38,705 nucleotides of DNA from Kipferlia bialata (Eukaryota), in the NCBI GenBank assembly GCA_003568945.1, contig BDIP01000040.1:1-38705 (forward strand), written 5' to 3'. The position numbers and the translations under genes are program-made. Below the pieces are notes generated by a model, which worked only from the letters and a program-made list of their open reading frames with translations, was not told the DNA's origin and ran no database searches. Position 1 is the first letter of the stretch; each line of letters opens with the position of its first letter. Below are positions 1 to 14,400 of the stretch, piece after piece.

Positions 1-492
1 ACACGTAATCCTCCGACGGAAAAGTAATTATTATTTATATATGTAAGGATAAGGACACCCTTAGTCACTCCTCTCCTCAATAAGTACAGCAATGAATCTC
101 AGCTGACTGAGTACAGCTTGGGACTAGGCCTGATAGTCGCCAAAAACAGATTCTCTCTCAGGACAGCATGGATTAATATTCTCACCACATTCTACACTGA
201 GTCCTGCCTTACTTGGGCTACCAAGGCCAAGACTGTGGCATATAAGCAAGTGCTTCTAGCACAACCATTCTACACACCACTGATACTATCCATATAGTAC
301 AATATATTACAGACATAGGGAGTCTCCAAGCGACAAGCTCCTCACTCCTCTCTACATATACTTCCATCGACTGTTCACAGCAGAAGTAAACACGTGATGA
401 GTGTTCACCAGATACTCTTCATCGGTCCCTTAGACATTGACTGATGTCCTAGGTTTTCATAGTGGTTCATCGATGCGTGTTCACCTGGCCCC

Positions 493-3315
493 TTAGACAT
501 AGACTGATGTCTCGAGACCCTCTATGGAGGAGGCTGCCTTCTCGGTCAGGTTGGCCTGGGGGGTAAGTGAGAGAGACTATATATGAAGAGTTACACATAT
601 ATATGCTCACAGGCTATGGTGGGCTACGATTGAGTAAAGAGAGTCACATATATATACACTACTAGGCCTAGATTGCCCTTACCTCGATGATGGCGTCCAC
701 TGCCTCTGATATGTACCGGTGGAGGAGGCTCTCTATTGTGATGAACTGGTTCACACGGGCTGGAGGCTTAGCATATCAAGGGGTAATAATAAATGTAAGA
801 CAAATGGAAAGGAACTTATACTTATGATACTCTATACATGTGATGAACTGGTTCACACGGGCTGGAGGGTTAGTGTACCAGTATGGATCACGCCAGGATA
901 AGATATATCATACCAATACGTATCGCTAACCTACAAGAGTACGACACGGTAGCATTTCCTATGTATGATTGTGTAACTATGCACATACTCTGATAAGTAC
1001 TCACCTGGGATCTTCTCGTTCAGGGGCTCAACAAGAGGAGTAAGGGCTAGAGTGAGAGGATATACGCTGTAATAGTAGGAGAGAGGGTAGAACGGGGAGA
1101 AAGTTCAGTCTCTAAGATTATCTACAGAATACATGCATACATACCTGGTACAGTCTCTGACTGGAGGGGCCTCCACACAACCTCCCTTAGGCTGGGGGTG
1201 AGATATGGAGCAAAACATGCAAAAAATATAATTGGGTGAGACCCCATTGGGAACCCCATATATATATATATGGTGGTATTGACAGCCTGACCTCTATACC
1301 GTTTGATGTCTCATATAGACACACACACACACACGCACATACCAATATATATATGAAAAGTTATATACTATACTTAAGTACACATATTGTATCTAAAGCA
1401 TGTAGTCAAAAATAGAACAAATGCACCATACCTCTCTGCCAGGTACTGTCTCATACACATCTGTGTGTCATGTAGCAGACGTGTCTTGACTGTGCCAGTG
1501 GCCTTGGTCATGGCATCCTGGCAATGAATATACACCTAAACATGTAGAGAGGTTTTGAACACAATTTGAGTATGGACAATACTCCCCTCCATCACAAAAT
1601 CACAACAACGTGCGTACACATGTGCTATCATTATACACTACTATCTATCTGGTCAGAGACCCATAAGGATATGAACAATAAACTGCCATTATATATATGT
1701 ATATACGCGTGTGTATACCTTTAGTGCCTCCCCCCCCTGAACCCCTGCCCTGGTCAGGGACTCAAGGGTCAGGTAGGCATTGCGAGATAGGTCCTGGGTT
1801 AAGTATATAGGGAAAGAGGGAAACAGGAAACACAATTAGACTATTGAGGAACTACGAAAGAGATGATGACTCTAGGGTCAGGAAGTCTTTGCGGTTTAGG
1901 TTCTGGGTGAGTATACTAATAGTGAAATCGACACAAGAACTACATGTTCAGGATTAAGATACTGTGGGTCAGACACTGAAGATAATCAAGATATCCGTGA
2001 AAGCATAACGAGACGAGAAGGAGAGACGTAGGGAGAGGTTACCTTCATCACGTGGAATGCTCTGCACACCCACTCCTCCCCTGTGACATGGGGTCTCACA
2101 TGAATAGTCCATATACACTATATACATACGCACCTATATATACATACTATTTGGATATACCTTCATGATATGGAATGCCCTGCACACCCACTCCTCCCCT
2201 GTGACATGTGGACACAGGTGCTCAACAGGGGTGACCATGTGCCTGAGGTGCTGGGTGGAGGTCCTAAGGTTAGTGGTACAATATACTATTAAGTATAAAT
2301 ACACCACATATACATACAGATATAGTATATACCTCAGGTGCTGGGTGGAGGTCCTAAGGTTAGGATACTCCATATACTAAGTATATATATATATACTATA
2401 TATGCACTATATACCATATTATATATGCCTTAGGTGCTGGGTGGAGGTCCTAACGTTAGGATACACTTGATAGTAGTATACACTACATACTATATACCAC
2501 ATGCCTAAGGTGTTGGTGGAGGTCAGTCTCTCACACAGCGTTATGTGTATTTATGTTAAAGACCCTAGTAATAGAGGAAATCAGTGTTACTGATGATGAT
2601 AGTTTCTAGACATATACATGGTACTTACTTAAGGCCATCGTGACCAAGCCACTGGAATTACATCGAAAATATACAGTATATATATATATTTGGCATGCTT
2701 GATAGATTTCCACTTACTTAAGGCCATCGTGACCCAGCCACTGGAAGTGGTGTGGTCCCATCACATGGCACGCATGCTCAAGGCTGGCCTCGCCCTCCTC
2801 CTGCACGTGCTGATGTAAGGGACACAAGGGGTACGTATGGTTCTTAGCATCACTAGGATTGCCTATGCATATACCTTAGTAGTATTATATATGGTATTAT
2901 ATATATAGAATACATATTACTACCTTTATCAGTGTGTATGTGTGGTGGTTCCACTCTCTGAGGAAGTCCCCAAAGGCACCAGTCACAGGAATCAGCATGG
3001 CCCTGGTCACCTGGGGGGTCAGGACTTACACAGTAATGTTTATGTACTTTATTGTATATACTGAACATGTGTTAAATTACAGGTATCAGTATGGCACGGG
3101 TGACCTGGGGGGTCAGTATCTCATAATATATACATATATATACAATGCTCTACACGGGTGATACCAGTATATATATGGCCCGAGTAACCTGGAGGGTTAG
3201 AATATACAGACAGATGTAGCATAATCAAATGTTTGTAGTATATGTCATACTACCACTGTGTGGGTCTCAAGGCTGACCTAGGTAACACTATGTGTATATA
3301 TATATATACATCTCT

Positions 3316-3352
<37 letters not shown>

Positions 3353-6300
3353 CATGTGAATACCTGTGCCACTGCGGGTGTCACGTACATGTCCAGGTGG
3401 GGTTGGAGGGCATCCTCAGCACCCTTGCCAGTGCCACGAACCTAGAGGTTAGTAGTCCATTCTAAGAAAGTATCTACAAATCCTGCTAACAAAGGCATTA
3501 TAGTACCTTGTCCTGTATGTCCCCTAGCAGTGTGGCCTCTCCCTTCTTCAGCGCCTTCAGCTTCTTCCTGATGCCCTTCTCGACCTTCTTACGAGTGGCA
3601 ACCTAGCATAAGTAAAAGAACTGCGAGTGTAATATTAGTAGAATTACTCTACAGAAGAATAGAGTTCCTGATGCCCTTCTCGACCTTCTTGCGGGTGGCA
3701 ACCTAACGGTAAGTATGACCATTAAGGAAGTACCTTACAAAACGTATTACTGGGGAGAGAAATATAGTAGTTACAGATGCCCTTCTCGACCTTCTTGCGG
3801 GTGGCAACCTAGCATAAGTAATAGAACTACGAGTGTAATAGGAGTTACAGAAGAATATAGTTCCTGATGCCCTTTTCCACCTTCTCACGGGTGGCCACCT
3901 TTTACGTTACCTCTGATGAAAGATGAAAGAGTCAAGTAGAAATCGTAAATATACCACATACCTGTGTGTTGAGTGTCTTGAGGCACTGCTGCACAGCATT
4001 GGCAATGAGCTTGGAGAGGAGGTCGTCAGTCTTCTTCATGGCAGCCTGCGAGTTAGACTCAGCGTTTGACGTTTGGCGTTTGATGTTGACGTACGACGTA
4101 CCGCTCTCTTCTTCTCATCGGTGGGAAGCTCCAGGTAGAGATCCTCGCCCATGTCTCTGGTGTGAGAGAATAGTATAGAAGAATAGCTATACAATAGTAT
4201 GATAGGTATGAGAGTATATGGACACCTACCTCTTGACCGAGTCTGTGAGCGATGTATATTCATTATTTCGATAGAGATATGTATAAGTATCAATGTACAA
4301 TTATCTTGATTCACACACCCACCTCTTGATCGAGTCAGTGAGCAGCTCTCAAACAGCATATAATAGTTTGATACACATCAGACAGAACAAACACATGAAC
4401 ACACCTCTTAACAAAGTCAGTGAGGAGCTCCTCCAACAGGGTGGCCTCGTCACAGTCAACCTGAGGTTAGATATCTACACATAATTACTATACTATTATT
4501 GAGGGGGTTAGACATGTATATATACAATTTGCGATATGCAAACATAACCCCATTATCGCATATATTGATTAGGTCCAATTGAATGGCCACTCAACCTGGG
4601 GGTTCAGTCCTTACACTGATATACATACGCATCTAACCATATATGTGAGAGAGAGGATGGAGTAACACAGACCCAGCTTGTCCCCCTCGACAAACGTACC
4701 TATATATACAATTATCTAGGTATAGTAAGATTATGTATTCATTTCCTTACTTCATAACTATTGATACAGACCCACCTTGCCCCCGTCGACGTACTTGCAG
4801 TGCCTGCGGGTGTCACTGGAGGGTGAGATACACTAGAGTAGTCATCCATAATGTAATGTACATGTGAATATATAAATAGGTATATGTGAACAGAGAGAGG
4901 TGTTACCATATCTTGCATTATGTACCTGTATGCCGCAGTGAATGTGTCCACCATCAGTGGCTGTCTGTCGATGGGTGGCTGTGCATCCAGCACAGCAGTC
5001 TGGAGGGCCCTGACCCAGAGCTGTTCATTAGATTAGAATATTATAATACTCTCATTGAACAGATGCAATAACTAGACCACTACACAATAGGAGTCTGGAG
5101 GGCCCTGACCCAGAGCTAGGGGTGAGACGTATTCACAACAGTATATATACTACCAGTACAAATATACACACAGAACTATACCTCTTTATCCTCCTCTGTC
5201 TCCGCTGCCAGGTAGTACTCCCTCCTGGCAGGGTGGGACAGACACATGGAGAGGGGACGCTTCTTGGCCATGGCTAGAATGAGGAACCATTATTGACATA
5301 TACATAAATGTGCCAATAATGTATACCATATATACAATAAACTATGAATATCAATATATCTACATATATGTATAGTTATACATACATATGTATGTGTAGA
5401 GAGAGAAGGGGGGAGAGAGAGAGAGAGAGATGGTCTCCTTCACCATGAAATATGGGTATATAGGAAGAAAGAGATTGGGATATATTCTTGGCCATGGCTA
5501 GAAGTACGTTAGCAGACAGATAGAAAGAGGTAATGTGTGACATCCCGATTAGCGGCGTTTGAGTATGGTACTCAAATAGCAATATAGCTAGAGAGCGTAC
5601 CCTTCCTCCACTGTCTGGTGGAGATGAAACACTACCGACATATACAATTATACACATATACACTAATGTCTGGTTAGCTACTACGTACCCTTGTCCTCCA
5701 CTGTCTGGTGGAATGTGTAGCCACAGGGGTGGATGATGCCCTGGGGGTGAGAGGTATATACATACAGCGTACACTATTACAAATGAATAATTGTAGATGT
5801 ATAACAAGGGTGGATGATGCCCTGGGGGCAAATGACATCATTCTATTATAGAGAGAGAGAGAGAGAGAGATGATGATAATGGTGTGAGATCAGGGGTGGA
5901 TGATGCCCTGGGGATAAGGTGTATAGTAAAGAAGCAAGTATTGTTCCTCTTTTCCTCTGTTGCTGCTCTCTCTCTCTCTATATATATGTATACATGGAGA
6001 GAGTATGTATATGATAATGTACCTTCATCTTGTTCTTCTTACCCTCTGTGGGCTTCCCCCCCCCTCTCTCTCTCTCTCTCTCTGTATATATATATATACA
6101 AATATATATGTACTTACATAACATATATATATACTTACTTAATACCTTCATCTTGTTCTTCTTGCCCTCTGTGTACTCATCTGCATAGTACTCGATGGAG
6201 TAGTCAGGCATCATGCGTGCATACCTAGCGGTCAGTGACTTCAACCACGAATACAATATAATATAGATGCTTGACTCACTCTCTCTCTCTCTCTCCAAAT

Positions 6301-7545
6301 AGAAATGACTCTCTCTACATACACACACATACACAAAATAGTATACCTCCTCTTCCATGTCTTGTGGATGGCACCCTGCTTGACAATCCAGCCCTGGGGT
6401 GAGGTTGTTACACTCTCACAAAGGGATGAATTCATAGAGAGGGAAGGAAGGAAGTGGGTAAGAATACACGCATAAAGAGGAAATGCAGAGAGAATAGATC
6501 TCATAATATTTGCAAAGATAGGGGGGGGGGGGAGAGAGAGAGAGAGAGAAACAAGTACCTGCATAATTGGGACTGTGCTTGGCTCTGCCTCTGTCAGCTC
6601 GAGGGAAGGGGTATTGGAAGACTCATCCTGGGGTCAAAGAGAAAGGAAAAGGGTGTGGCACACAGATAGAATAGAGAGATGAATATAGAGAGTGGAGGCA
6701 GACATTCATCCTAGGTTTAAAGAGAGGGAACGGGCAGAGAGACAGAGGAATAGAGGGGGGGGGGGGAACATAGTATAGGTAGAGCAGCTGCGTGGGTCTT
6801 GCAATTACATCCGCAATGCAATGTGGTAGCATTTCCCCAGCGAAATAGAGACAAGAATGGGGGGCTATATTTATGAGATCTACCCACCTTCAGCTCTGCC
6901 TTGACGTGCCCCACCAGCACACATACATATATAGTATAGTACGTATATAGTATAGTACATTGTATATATAAATACATATATATATATTCACATGATACAC
7001 TGCACCCACCTTGAGCTCTGCCTTGACGTGTCCCACCAGGGCATATACATATATAGTACATACATATAGTACATATGCTAGTATATAGTACATAAAAATA
7101 GACTCATGCACCCACTTTCAGCTCTGCCTTGACGTGCCCCACCAGGACACACACATATATTTTATGGTACTCATATACATACATAAATATATTCATGATA
7201 TCCTGCACCTTCAGCTCTGCCTTGACGTGCCCCACCAGGTTGAGGGTGAATGCTATCAGGTACCTGGCGATAAGATGAGTAATGGAACAAATTGAATGCA
7301 GAAGAGACAAGCAGGAGTAAGTTTAAAGCACTATAGTTTGTATCAGGCTGAGGGTGAATGATATCAGGTACCTGGTGGTTAGAAAGTCTATGAAAGACTC
7401 TGTGGGAAATACGACAGCAAGTTGGAACAATACTGAGAGGTCGCTGCCAACAATACAAATGCATATTATGCGCAGACCCATATATACCACACCTCTCTGT
7501 GAAGTGTGTCAGTGTGGCATTGATCTTCTCCTCAGCAGCCTCCAT
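493..7545 (-). CDS. Niban/FAM129-like protein (PH domain followed by helical region), multi-exon gene span
   Basis: Hand-spliced exons read MEAAEEKINATLTHFTER|YLIAFTLNLVGHVKAELK|...|GWIVKQGAIHKTWKRR|YARMMPDYSIEYY...|GIIHPCGY...|...HPARREYYLAAETEEDKE|LWVRALQTAV, a typical PH domain. Later exons read LQPHLDMYVTPAVAQ|VTRAMLIPVTGAFGDF, DLSRNAYLTLESL and TVKTRLLHDTQMCMRQYLAE, resembling the Niban helical region as recalled. ATG at 7545, TAA at 493-495. Confidence 0.72.
2041..2525 (-). repeat. Exon-echo array around the Niban-like exon at ~2161-2266
   Basis: The 3' end (AFHIMK+GT) is copied at 2041-2090. The 5' end (AG+GACCTCCACCCAGCACCT) is copied at ~2332, ~2428 and, degenerately, ~2503. Confidence 0.9.
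3567..3900 (-). repeat. Acceptor-side exon-echo array (4 units)
   Basis: gatgcccttctcgaccttctt.cg.gtggcaacct at ~3570 (true exon), ~3670, ~3776 and ~3866. Confidence 0.9.
6883..7375 (-). repeat. Exon-echo array of LVGHVKAELK+GT (true exon plus 3 copies) and one 5'-end copy
   Basis: agctctgccttgacgtg.cccacca at ~6892, ~7014, ~7120 and ~7213; tgagggtgaatg.tatcaggtacctgg at ~7241 and ~7349. Confidence 0.9.
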
Positions 7546-7750
7546 CCTAACCAGTGGATAGGTTACTAGGCCTAGTAGAGAGGGGCGTCTCACTCCGAGG
7601 AAATCGGTGACAGAAGAATTGGAGCAAATTGAAACTAACTCCTAAAAACTTGACTGACTTCTAATTAAATCCTAAAGACAAATTTAGCATGGTTATGCAA
7701 TAGACGCGATAGAAGGATACAAATAGTACATCTATTATCTCCTGTGGCAG

Positions 7751-10700
7751 CTACGTGTATCCCCCATACCCCTGCCCTCCATATGCTGCAAAGCCTGGCA
7801 CTCTTGCGTCACCCCCAGCCCCTGCCCCGTGATACCTCTCTCTCTCTCTCTGACGCAGGTCGGTCTGTCTCTCCTCCTCTAGCCCTCTCTCTCTCTGGCC
7901 TTGGTATACATCTCTGTACCCCCCATAGTAGGGCTGCTCTCTCTCCCTGTCCTCTCTCTGTGGATACTGTGGGTGGGGTGGGTACTGCCTGTCTCTCTCT
8001 CTCTCGTATGGACCCCTATCAGCCTCTGTGTTACTGACAGCCAGGCGTCTCACTGTGTCCTCACTTTCCTGCTGCACATCAGTACCCCACTGGGGGTACT
8101 CTCTCTCTCTCTCCCTCATGTCTGACGGGGGGTACTCTCTCTCTCTCTCCCTCTCTCTCATGGCAGGATGTGCGTACTGGCGGTAGCCTACACTCTCCCT
8201 AGGCCTCTCTCTCTCAACCTCCCTCTCCTCAGCCACAGTGGTGCCATCGTACAGGCGCCTAAGAATCAGATACACAGTATTAGAAACAAAATTACATTAG
8301 ATCGTGACATGTATACTAATTACCCACAGTGGTGCCATCGTACAGCCGCCTGGGGGTGAGAGCATTCCAAATGTACAAATGTTAGTTCAACATATAACAT
8401 AGATCAGATACATGCTACATTACCTGTGGTTCCCGCAGTGTCCACAGTACTGTGCGTCCATGTGGAACTTGGACCCACAGCACACGCAGTACTGGCACTG
8501 GGCATCGCCTGAGTAAGGTACAGTAATTGCATATACATAGTAGATACATAGTACAATATGTAGAATACACTAATTGTATTACACAGCACACGCAGTACTG
8601 GCACTGGGCATCACCTGGGGATTAGATGTAGTAAATATGAAACAGAGGACCATATATGTGACCCATATATTACCAATAGTATATGTCCATAGTATGGACA
8701 TATATGGACTCCATACATAGGGATGCGATGAGAGATATATACATAAACCCATATATATATGTGGATACAACACATACAACATTGGCATAAACTTATGATA
8801 TATGCCCATACCTAGGGATGCCACGAGAGATGGGATGGGATTGTATGGGGACGGTGCATGGCTGGAGTGGCGGGACACCTCCTCTCTCTCTCTCCCTCTG
8901 TACTCTCTCTCCCTATGTCCCCTATCCCTGTGGTACTGGGGTAGGTTGGAGGGTGGCAGCACGGGTCTGTGCTGATGGTGGTGGTGGTGCCGATAGTCCC
9001 CATACTCTCTCTCCCTCTCCCTCCGCCTCTCCCTGACTACAGGTGTCTCATCATAGGAGGGGTTCTGGGGTGGCACATAGGGAAGGCGCTCTCCTCTCCG
9101 GTCCACCTTCTCTCTCTCTCTCCTCCTACCCTTGTCCTTGGACCGGTGCCTCTCGGAGTCTCTCTCCCTGTCTCTCCCTCTATCTCTCTCACTATCCCTA
9201 CTGTGTCTCCTGTTCTCCCTCTCTCTCTCTCCCTCCCTGTCACGATGACGGGAGTGCCTAGAGCGGCTAACCCTATCTCTGTCTCCCTCTCTCTCTCTCT
9301 CCCCCTTGCTCCTGTGTCTGTGGCGTCTCTCTCTCTCCCTGTCTCTCTCCTTCTCCCTGTGTCTGTCACTAGACCTCTCTGTTCTGACATCTCTCCTTGA
9401 TCCCCTACTCTCTCTCTCCCTCTCCCTATCCCTTGAGCGGGAGGCCCGGTACTCATCCCTTGGTGACCCTTCCTCTCTCTCCCTCTCTCTCTCCCTCTCT
9501 TCCTCCTTGACCCTTGACCGATCAGCCTCCTCCATGATGGACCTCTCCCTCTCAAGATCCTTCTCCCTCTCTCTCTCCCTCTCTGCTTCTCTCTCTCTGT
9601 CTGTAGAGGACTGTACAGGTACTGTGCTCTCCCTCACAACACTGGCACGAGGGGGGGAGTGCTGCATCACCATCCTGCGGTCAGGATACAATTACATATT
9701 CTATATATACAATGCCATGAATAGTAGTAATTTGGGACGTATTGAGGCTGCGTATAATCCATACCTGGGCACGTCTCTGGTGGCTGCTGACCCGATATAC
9801 CTATATCTATATATATACATGTATACTAATCTGATTATCTAATCTGACTATAGAACACTGAGAGTAAGTGTCTATATGTACCTTGGCACGTCTCTGGTGG
9901 CAGCTGACCCGATATATATATATATATATATAGATACAGATAGATATAGATATTATACCTGGGTACGTCTCTGGTGGCTGCTGACCCCACTGAGGCCAGC
10001 TCATCAATGTTCATCTTGGAGGCCTTGGGGGGCTGGTGTTGATGAATAAATAGGGCTGAAGAACACACTTCCACCGCATAAACATGTATACAAATGATGT
10101 ATCATTTGTCACCACAAAAGTATTCATACACATATCATATATATATAAATAGAACAATGTTACCTTTGTCACTGCCGATGTTGCCTTGATGGTGGGCTTG
10201 GAGACTGGGGGTGAGAAGAGGAAGAGAACCAGGATGTATCCAATACTGATTGTATAGTGCGCTAAGACACATTCTCCCTCCTGAGTAGTTACCCCCAAAT
10301 CAACATGTATACATATAGGCACACGTACCCTCTCTCCTCAGAGGTATCACTGGTCTGCTGACTTGGGCATTGTTGGAAACAGAGGGGAGGGGGTTGACAA
10401 GGGCTCTAGGATAAGTGGACAATACACACACATATATATATACACATGAACACAGAGAGAGAGAGTATAGTTGGGCACAGAGGGCAGGGGGTTGACAAGG
10501 GCCCTGGGATAAGTACATAACGATACATATATACATATATATATATATAGAGAGAGAGAGCAACGTTTGACACAGATGGGAGGGGGTTCACAAGGGCCCT
10601 GGTTTAAGAATATTCCGATAGAGATTCATATATATACTAGTTAGAGTATATATAAATGACACCCTACCTCTCCTCGTCCTGCATGCCCTGGTACCTCTTG

Positions 10701-11338
10701 GCCCCACTGGAGAACGTGTTGCGCCTCTGAGGCTTCCCACACTTCACCATGTGCCTCTTGAGAGGACCAGGGAGCATGGTTCTGGGGGTGAGAGGCCATG
10801 GGTTCGATTCCCACACTGACTACTATTGTGTATGTACATACCTCCCACACTTTGGACACCCCACCAGGTCGGCAGATATGTCCTTATACTCCTCATCCAT
10901 GTCGTCCTTCTGTCCCTCTCTCTCTCTCTCTCCCCCGGTCTGCACCACCTCCTCAACCTGAGTATCAGATATACATGTATATGAATATATGCACGTACAG
11001 GTAAATGTAAATAGACATGTACATATGTATGTACCTGCACATCGACTGATGCCACTGCAGAGACAGTGGATGGGTGTTCACTTATAGCTATTGAATGATA
11101 CAAGTATATTTGCAGTATATATAAATATGTATGTACCTGCACATCCACCGATGCCACTGCAGAGACTGCAGATGGTGAGTGGGACAGGGGTAATCACTAT
11201 AATACTATCTATATATAGATATAGATACTAATGTATATATATACACCTGCACATCGACTGATGCCACTGCAGATACAGTAGATGGTGAGTGGGACAGGGG
11301 CATAGAAAGTAATACTCACTATATAATAATATGGATAC

Positions 11339-11373
<35 letters not shown>

Positions 11374-11447
11374 CCGATACCTGCACATCGACCGATGCCA
11401 CAGCTGACACCGTGGCTGGTGAGTGGGACAGGGGCATCATATATAAT

Positions 11448-11485
<38 letters not shown>

Positions 11486-14400
11486 TATATATATGCCAAT
11501 ACCTGCACATCAACTGATGCTACAGCTGACACTGTAGATGGTGAGTGGGACAGGGGTCTGAAGGGGGACTGGTGGGGGGCAGAGGGAGGGGGCTGAAGAG
11601 GGGTCTCGCTGAAATGAGATATGCACACAAATATAGATATAGACAATCTATAAAAACTGGAAGGAGACGGCGAAGGTCTATATAATACTGTGTGAGGACA
11701 GAAGAGACCGATACCTGGCATTGGACAGTCTCTGGAAGGGCTGCTGGCGGAGAGAGGCAGCTCTGGCCTGGTTATAAGACTTCATATACAAAATATATAA
11801 TTATTCTAACACACACATATATATACAAGTGTGTGTGTGTATGTACATGAATGAATGTATACATACCTGCTCCCTGGCTGATAGTATATACTAATAGACA
11901 TCAATATATATTATTATATATTGGTATTCAATGATAGTATATATGCACCTGCTCCCTGGCTGATAGAGGTGCCTCTGCCCCCCCCCTCTCTCTCTCTCCC
12001 TGTCCATGGGGTATGATGGGTACTATAGGTACTATGGGGGACACTCTCTTGGGATGGGTGTCTCTATCACTGTCTGTCTCTGTCACTCTCTTGGGGTAGG
12101 AGGCGGGGAGGGACTTGGGAGGGGACCTGGGGGTGAGGCTGATAATACTTGTAAACTACCAATTTGATATATCTCAATCTACACTGCATGGTATAAATAT
12201 ATATATGGGCGTCTAAGTACTAACCTTGCTAGCAGGTGCATCTTGGACGACAGAGCAGCAGGGGGGGACCTTAATATGAGACAGGAGTAGAAAAATATAT
12301 AGATTACATATATATACTATATAGTGATATACAATACAGGTCTTGTAAGACAGAGCAGCAGGGGGGGGACCTAAAGTTGAGTGATAATGAGAGAAAGTGC
12401 AAACAATGAAGTGATTTATAATTATGAATATGTGAGAGTGTTCGTCGAGCGTAGAAATGTATGGGTGCTTAATATTTATATATACATATACATCTAGTCA
12501 TGCGTGTCATATGTATATATATGTATATATATGTATATTTATATGCATGTATGTATATATATTTATGTGTATATACCTTGCCCTGCGTGTGGGGTCAGAG
12601 GTGGCATCAGTATCAGTGCAATAGAGCATATATGAATTTACATATCTATATATATATATGAGTGAGTAAGTATATACATACATATATACCTAGCCATGCG
12701 TGTCTGATGTTCAGAGGTGGCAACGGCCAATCGGCCTAACAATACTCTGTAATATACACCTATATATACACCCACACACATATATATATATAATTGTATT
12801 TATGTACACTAATATATACACACCTAGCCATGCGTGTCTGATGTTCAGAGGTGGCATCGGCCACAATCAGGGCCTCAATCTCTCTCTCCCCCTCCCTTCT
12901 CTTCTCCACTCCGTCCTGTCTCCTGGGGTCAGAGGCAAGAACCTAAACATCGGCATACACTACCAATACCTTGCATCTGCTGGACTAGCCCTGCTGATAT
13001 ACATATAATGTATATAGTCGGAGACTCAGAAGGTATCGGTCCGTGAGGACACTACACATGTATATACACAAATACTATGTACCTTGCATCTGTTGGACTG
13101 GCTCTGCTGATACCCTTGACACCGGTGGGGGCCTGCATATCAGTATAGCATAGATGAATGTATATATCCAACCACTGAACTGAGAAGTAAATTTTCATAC
13201 TACAACCAAAACCCTACGGGGGCCTGCATATCAGTACTGCGTATTCATTATACTCACTATATGAACATCCTATGAAACATCCCATTACACTTGTAAATGT
13301 ATCCGCTCTCACTTAAACACTAAAAGATTACTACAAACATGCAAGTAGTGCCTGTGGCCTCCCAATACCAGTATTCAGAATATGTATACATCAACACTAA
13401 TACTATAAAAATACATGTATAAAAACACGTATATATATACTATACAGTACCTGTGGCCTCCCTATGCCACTACCAGTAGGGACCTAAGGGTGAATACCAG
13501 TGACACTACACATATACATTCATAAGGGATAAAATTACGCAGTAGTAAGAACATGCATACCTGGATCATAGTATACAGTATCAGCAGTAGAATGATAATA
13601 TACATATATACCTGTGCAGATATGGGCGATGTGATGCGCAGTGGTCCCTTCCTAGGGACATCAGTATCCCTGTCTACCAGGGGTTGCTTGGGTCTGCATG
13701 TGAGACGAAGTGAGAAATAGTATATATCAAAACACTCAGGTGTTCTGCCACCCTAAATATATAGATAGATATATTATTAGAGAGAGAAGGAGGGAACGGT
13801 ACCTGTTTGGGGCCGATGCCGCTGTGCTGGATGACCTGTTAGGACCCTTGTCACACCTAGGGGGTGAGACACAGATGTATATATTGACTTAAAGAGTAAG
13901 AGAGAAATGTCACACCTACAGGGTGAGACAATCAGACACATCCCATCATATATATATATACATGAGGGGAGACAATGAGAGTAGGCATATATAAAGAAGA
14001 AGAAAAAGGTGGGGGAGAGAAAGAGAGCCTTCCCTTCCTTTGTCGAGGGGTGAGAGAGTAAGTCCATTATAACACAATGGTATTCTACCAAATGCACAGA
14101 ATGTATCAGCAATACTTACTTAATGCAGTGTGTCCTCAGCTGACTGGCATACATCTTCTCCTTGCAGAAGGGGCATTCACTCCTGGAGTGGGGGGGGTAG
14201 AGAGAAGGTAGAGGAGAGAGAGAGAGAGAGAGAGAAGGGGCATTCACTCCTGGAGTGGGGGGGGGGGTAGAGAGAGTAGTAGCTATACTCAATAATTAAC
14301 ACTTCCCTTCTTACACTCTATATATGCACACTATACTACACCACAGAGATATATACTACATACCTCTGCTGTGACAGTGAAGCACAACACTAGGACCTTC

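Noticed and set aside
1..480. Possible additional gene at the left edge
   Set aside because: No convincing ORF or exon chain; only a short echo of the Niban-like stop region near 428-448.
6883..7240. Mutually exclusive (Dscam-like) exon clusters
   Set aside because: The copies are partial and carry only one splice site; these donor-side copies are preceded by TA/TG-rich sequence with no acceptor.
8969..9842. Plus-strand Leu/Ser-rich ORFs
   Set aside because: Translations of (CT)n, the complement of the RE-rich exon.
11031..11557. CRISPR array (repeat-spacer appearance, also at 17707-18112 and 15722-16270)
   Set aside because: The repeats are copies of the adjacent exon ends, vary at codon third positions and have microsatellite spacers. 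The context is eukaryotic and there are no cas genes.
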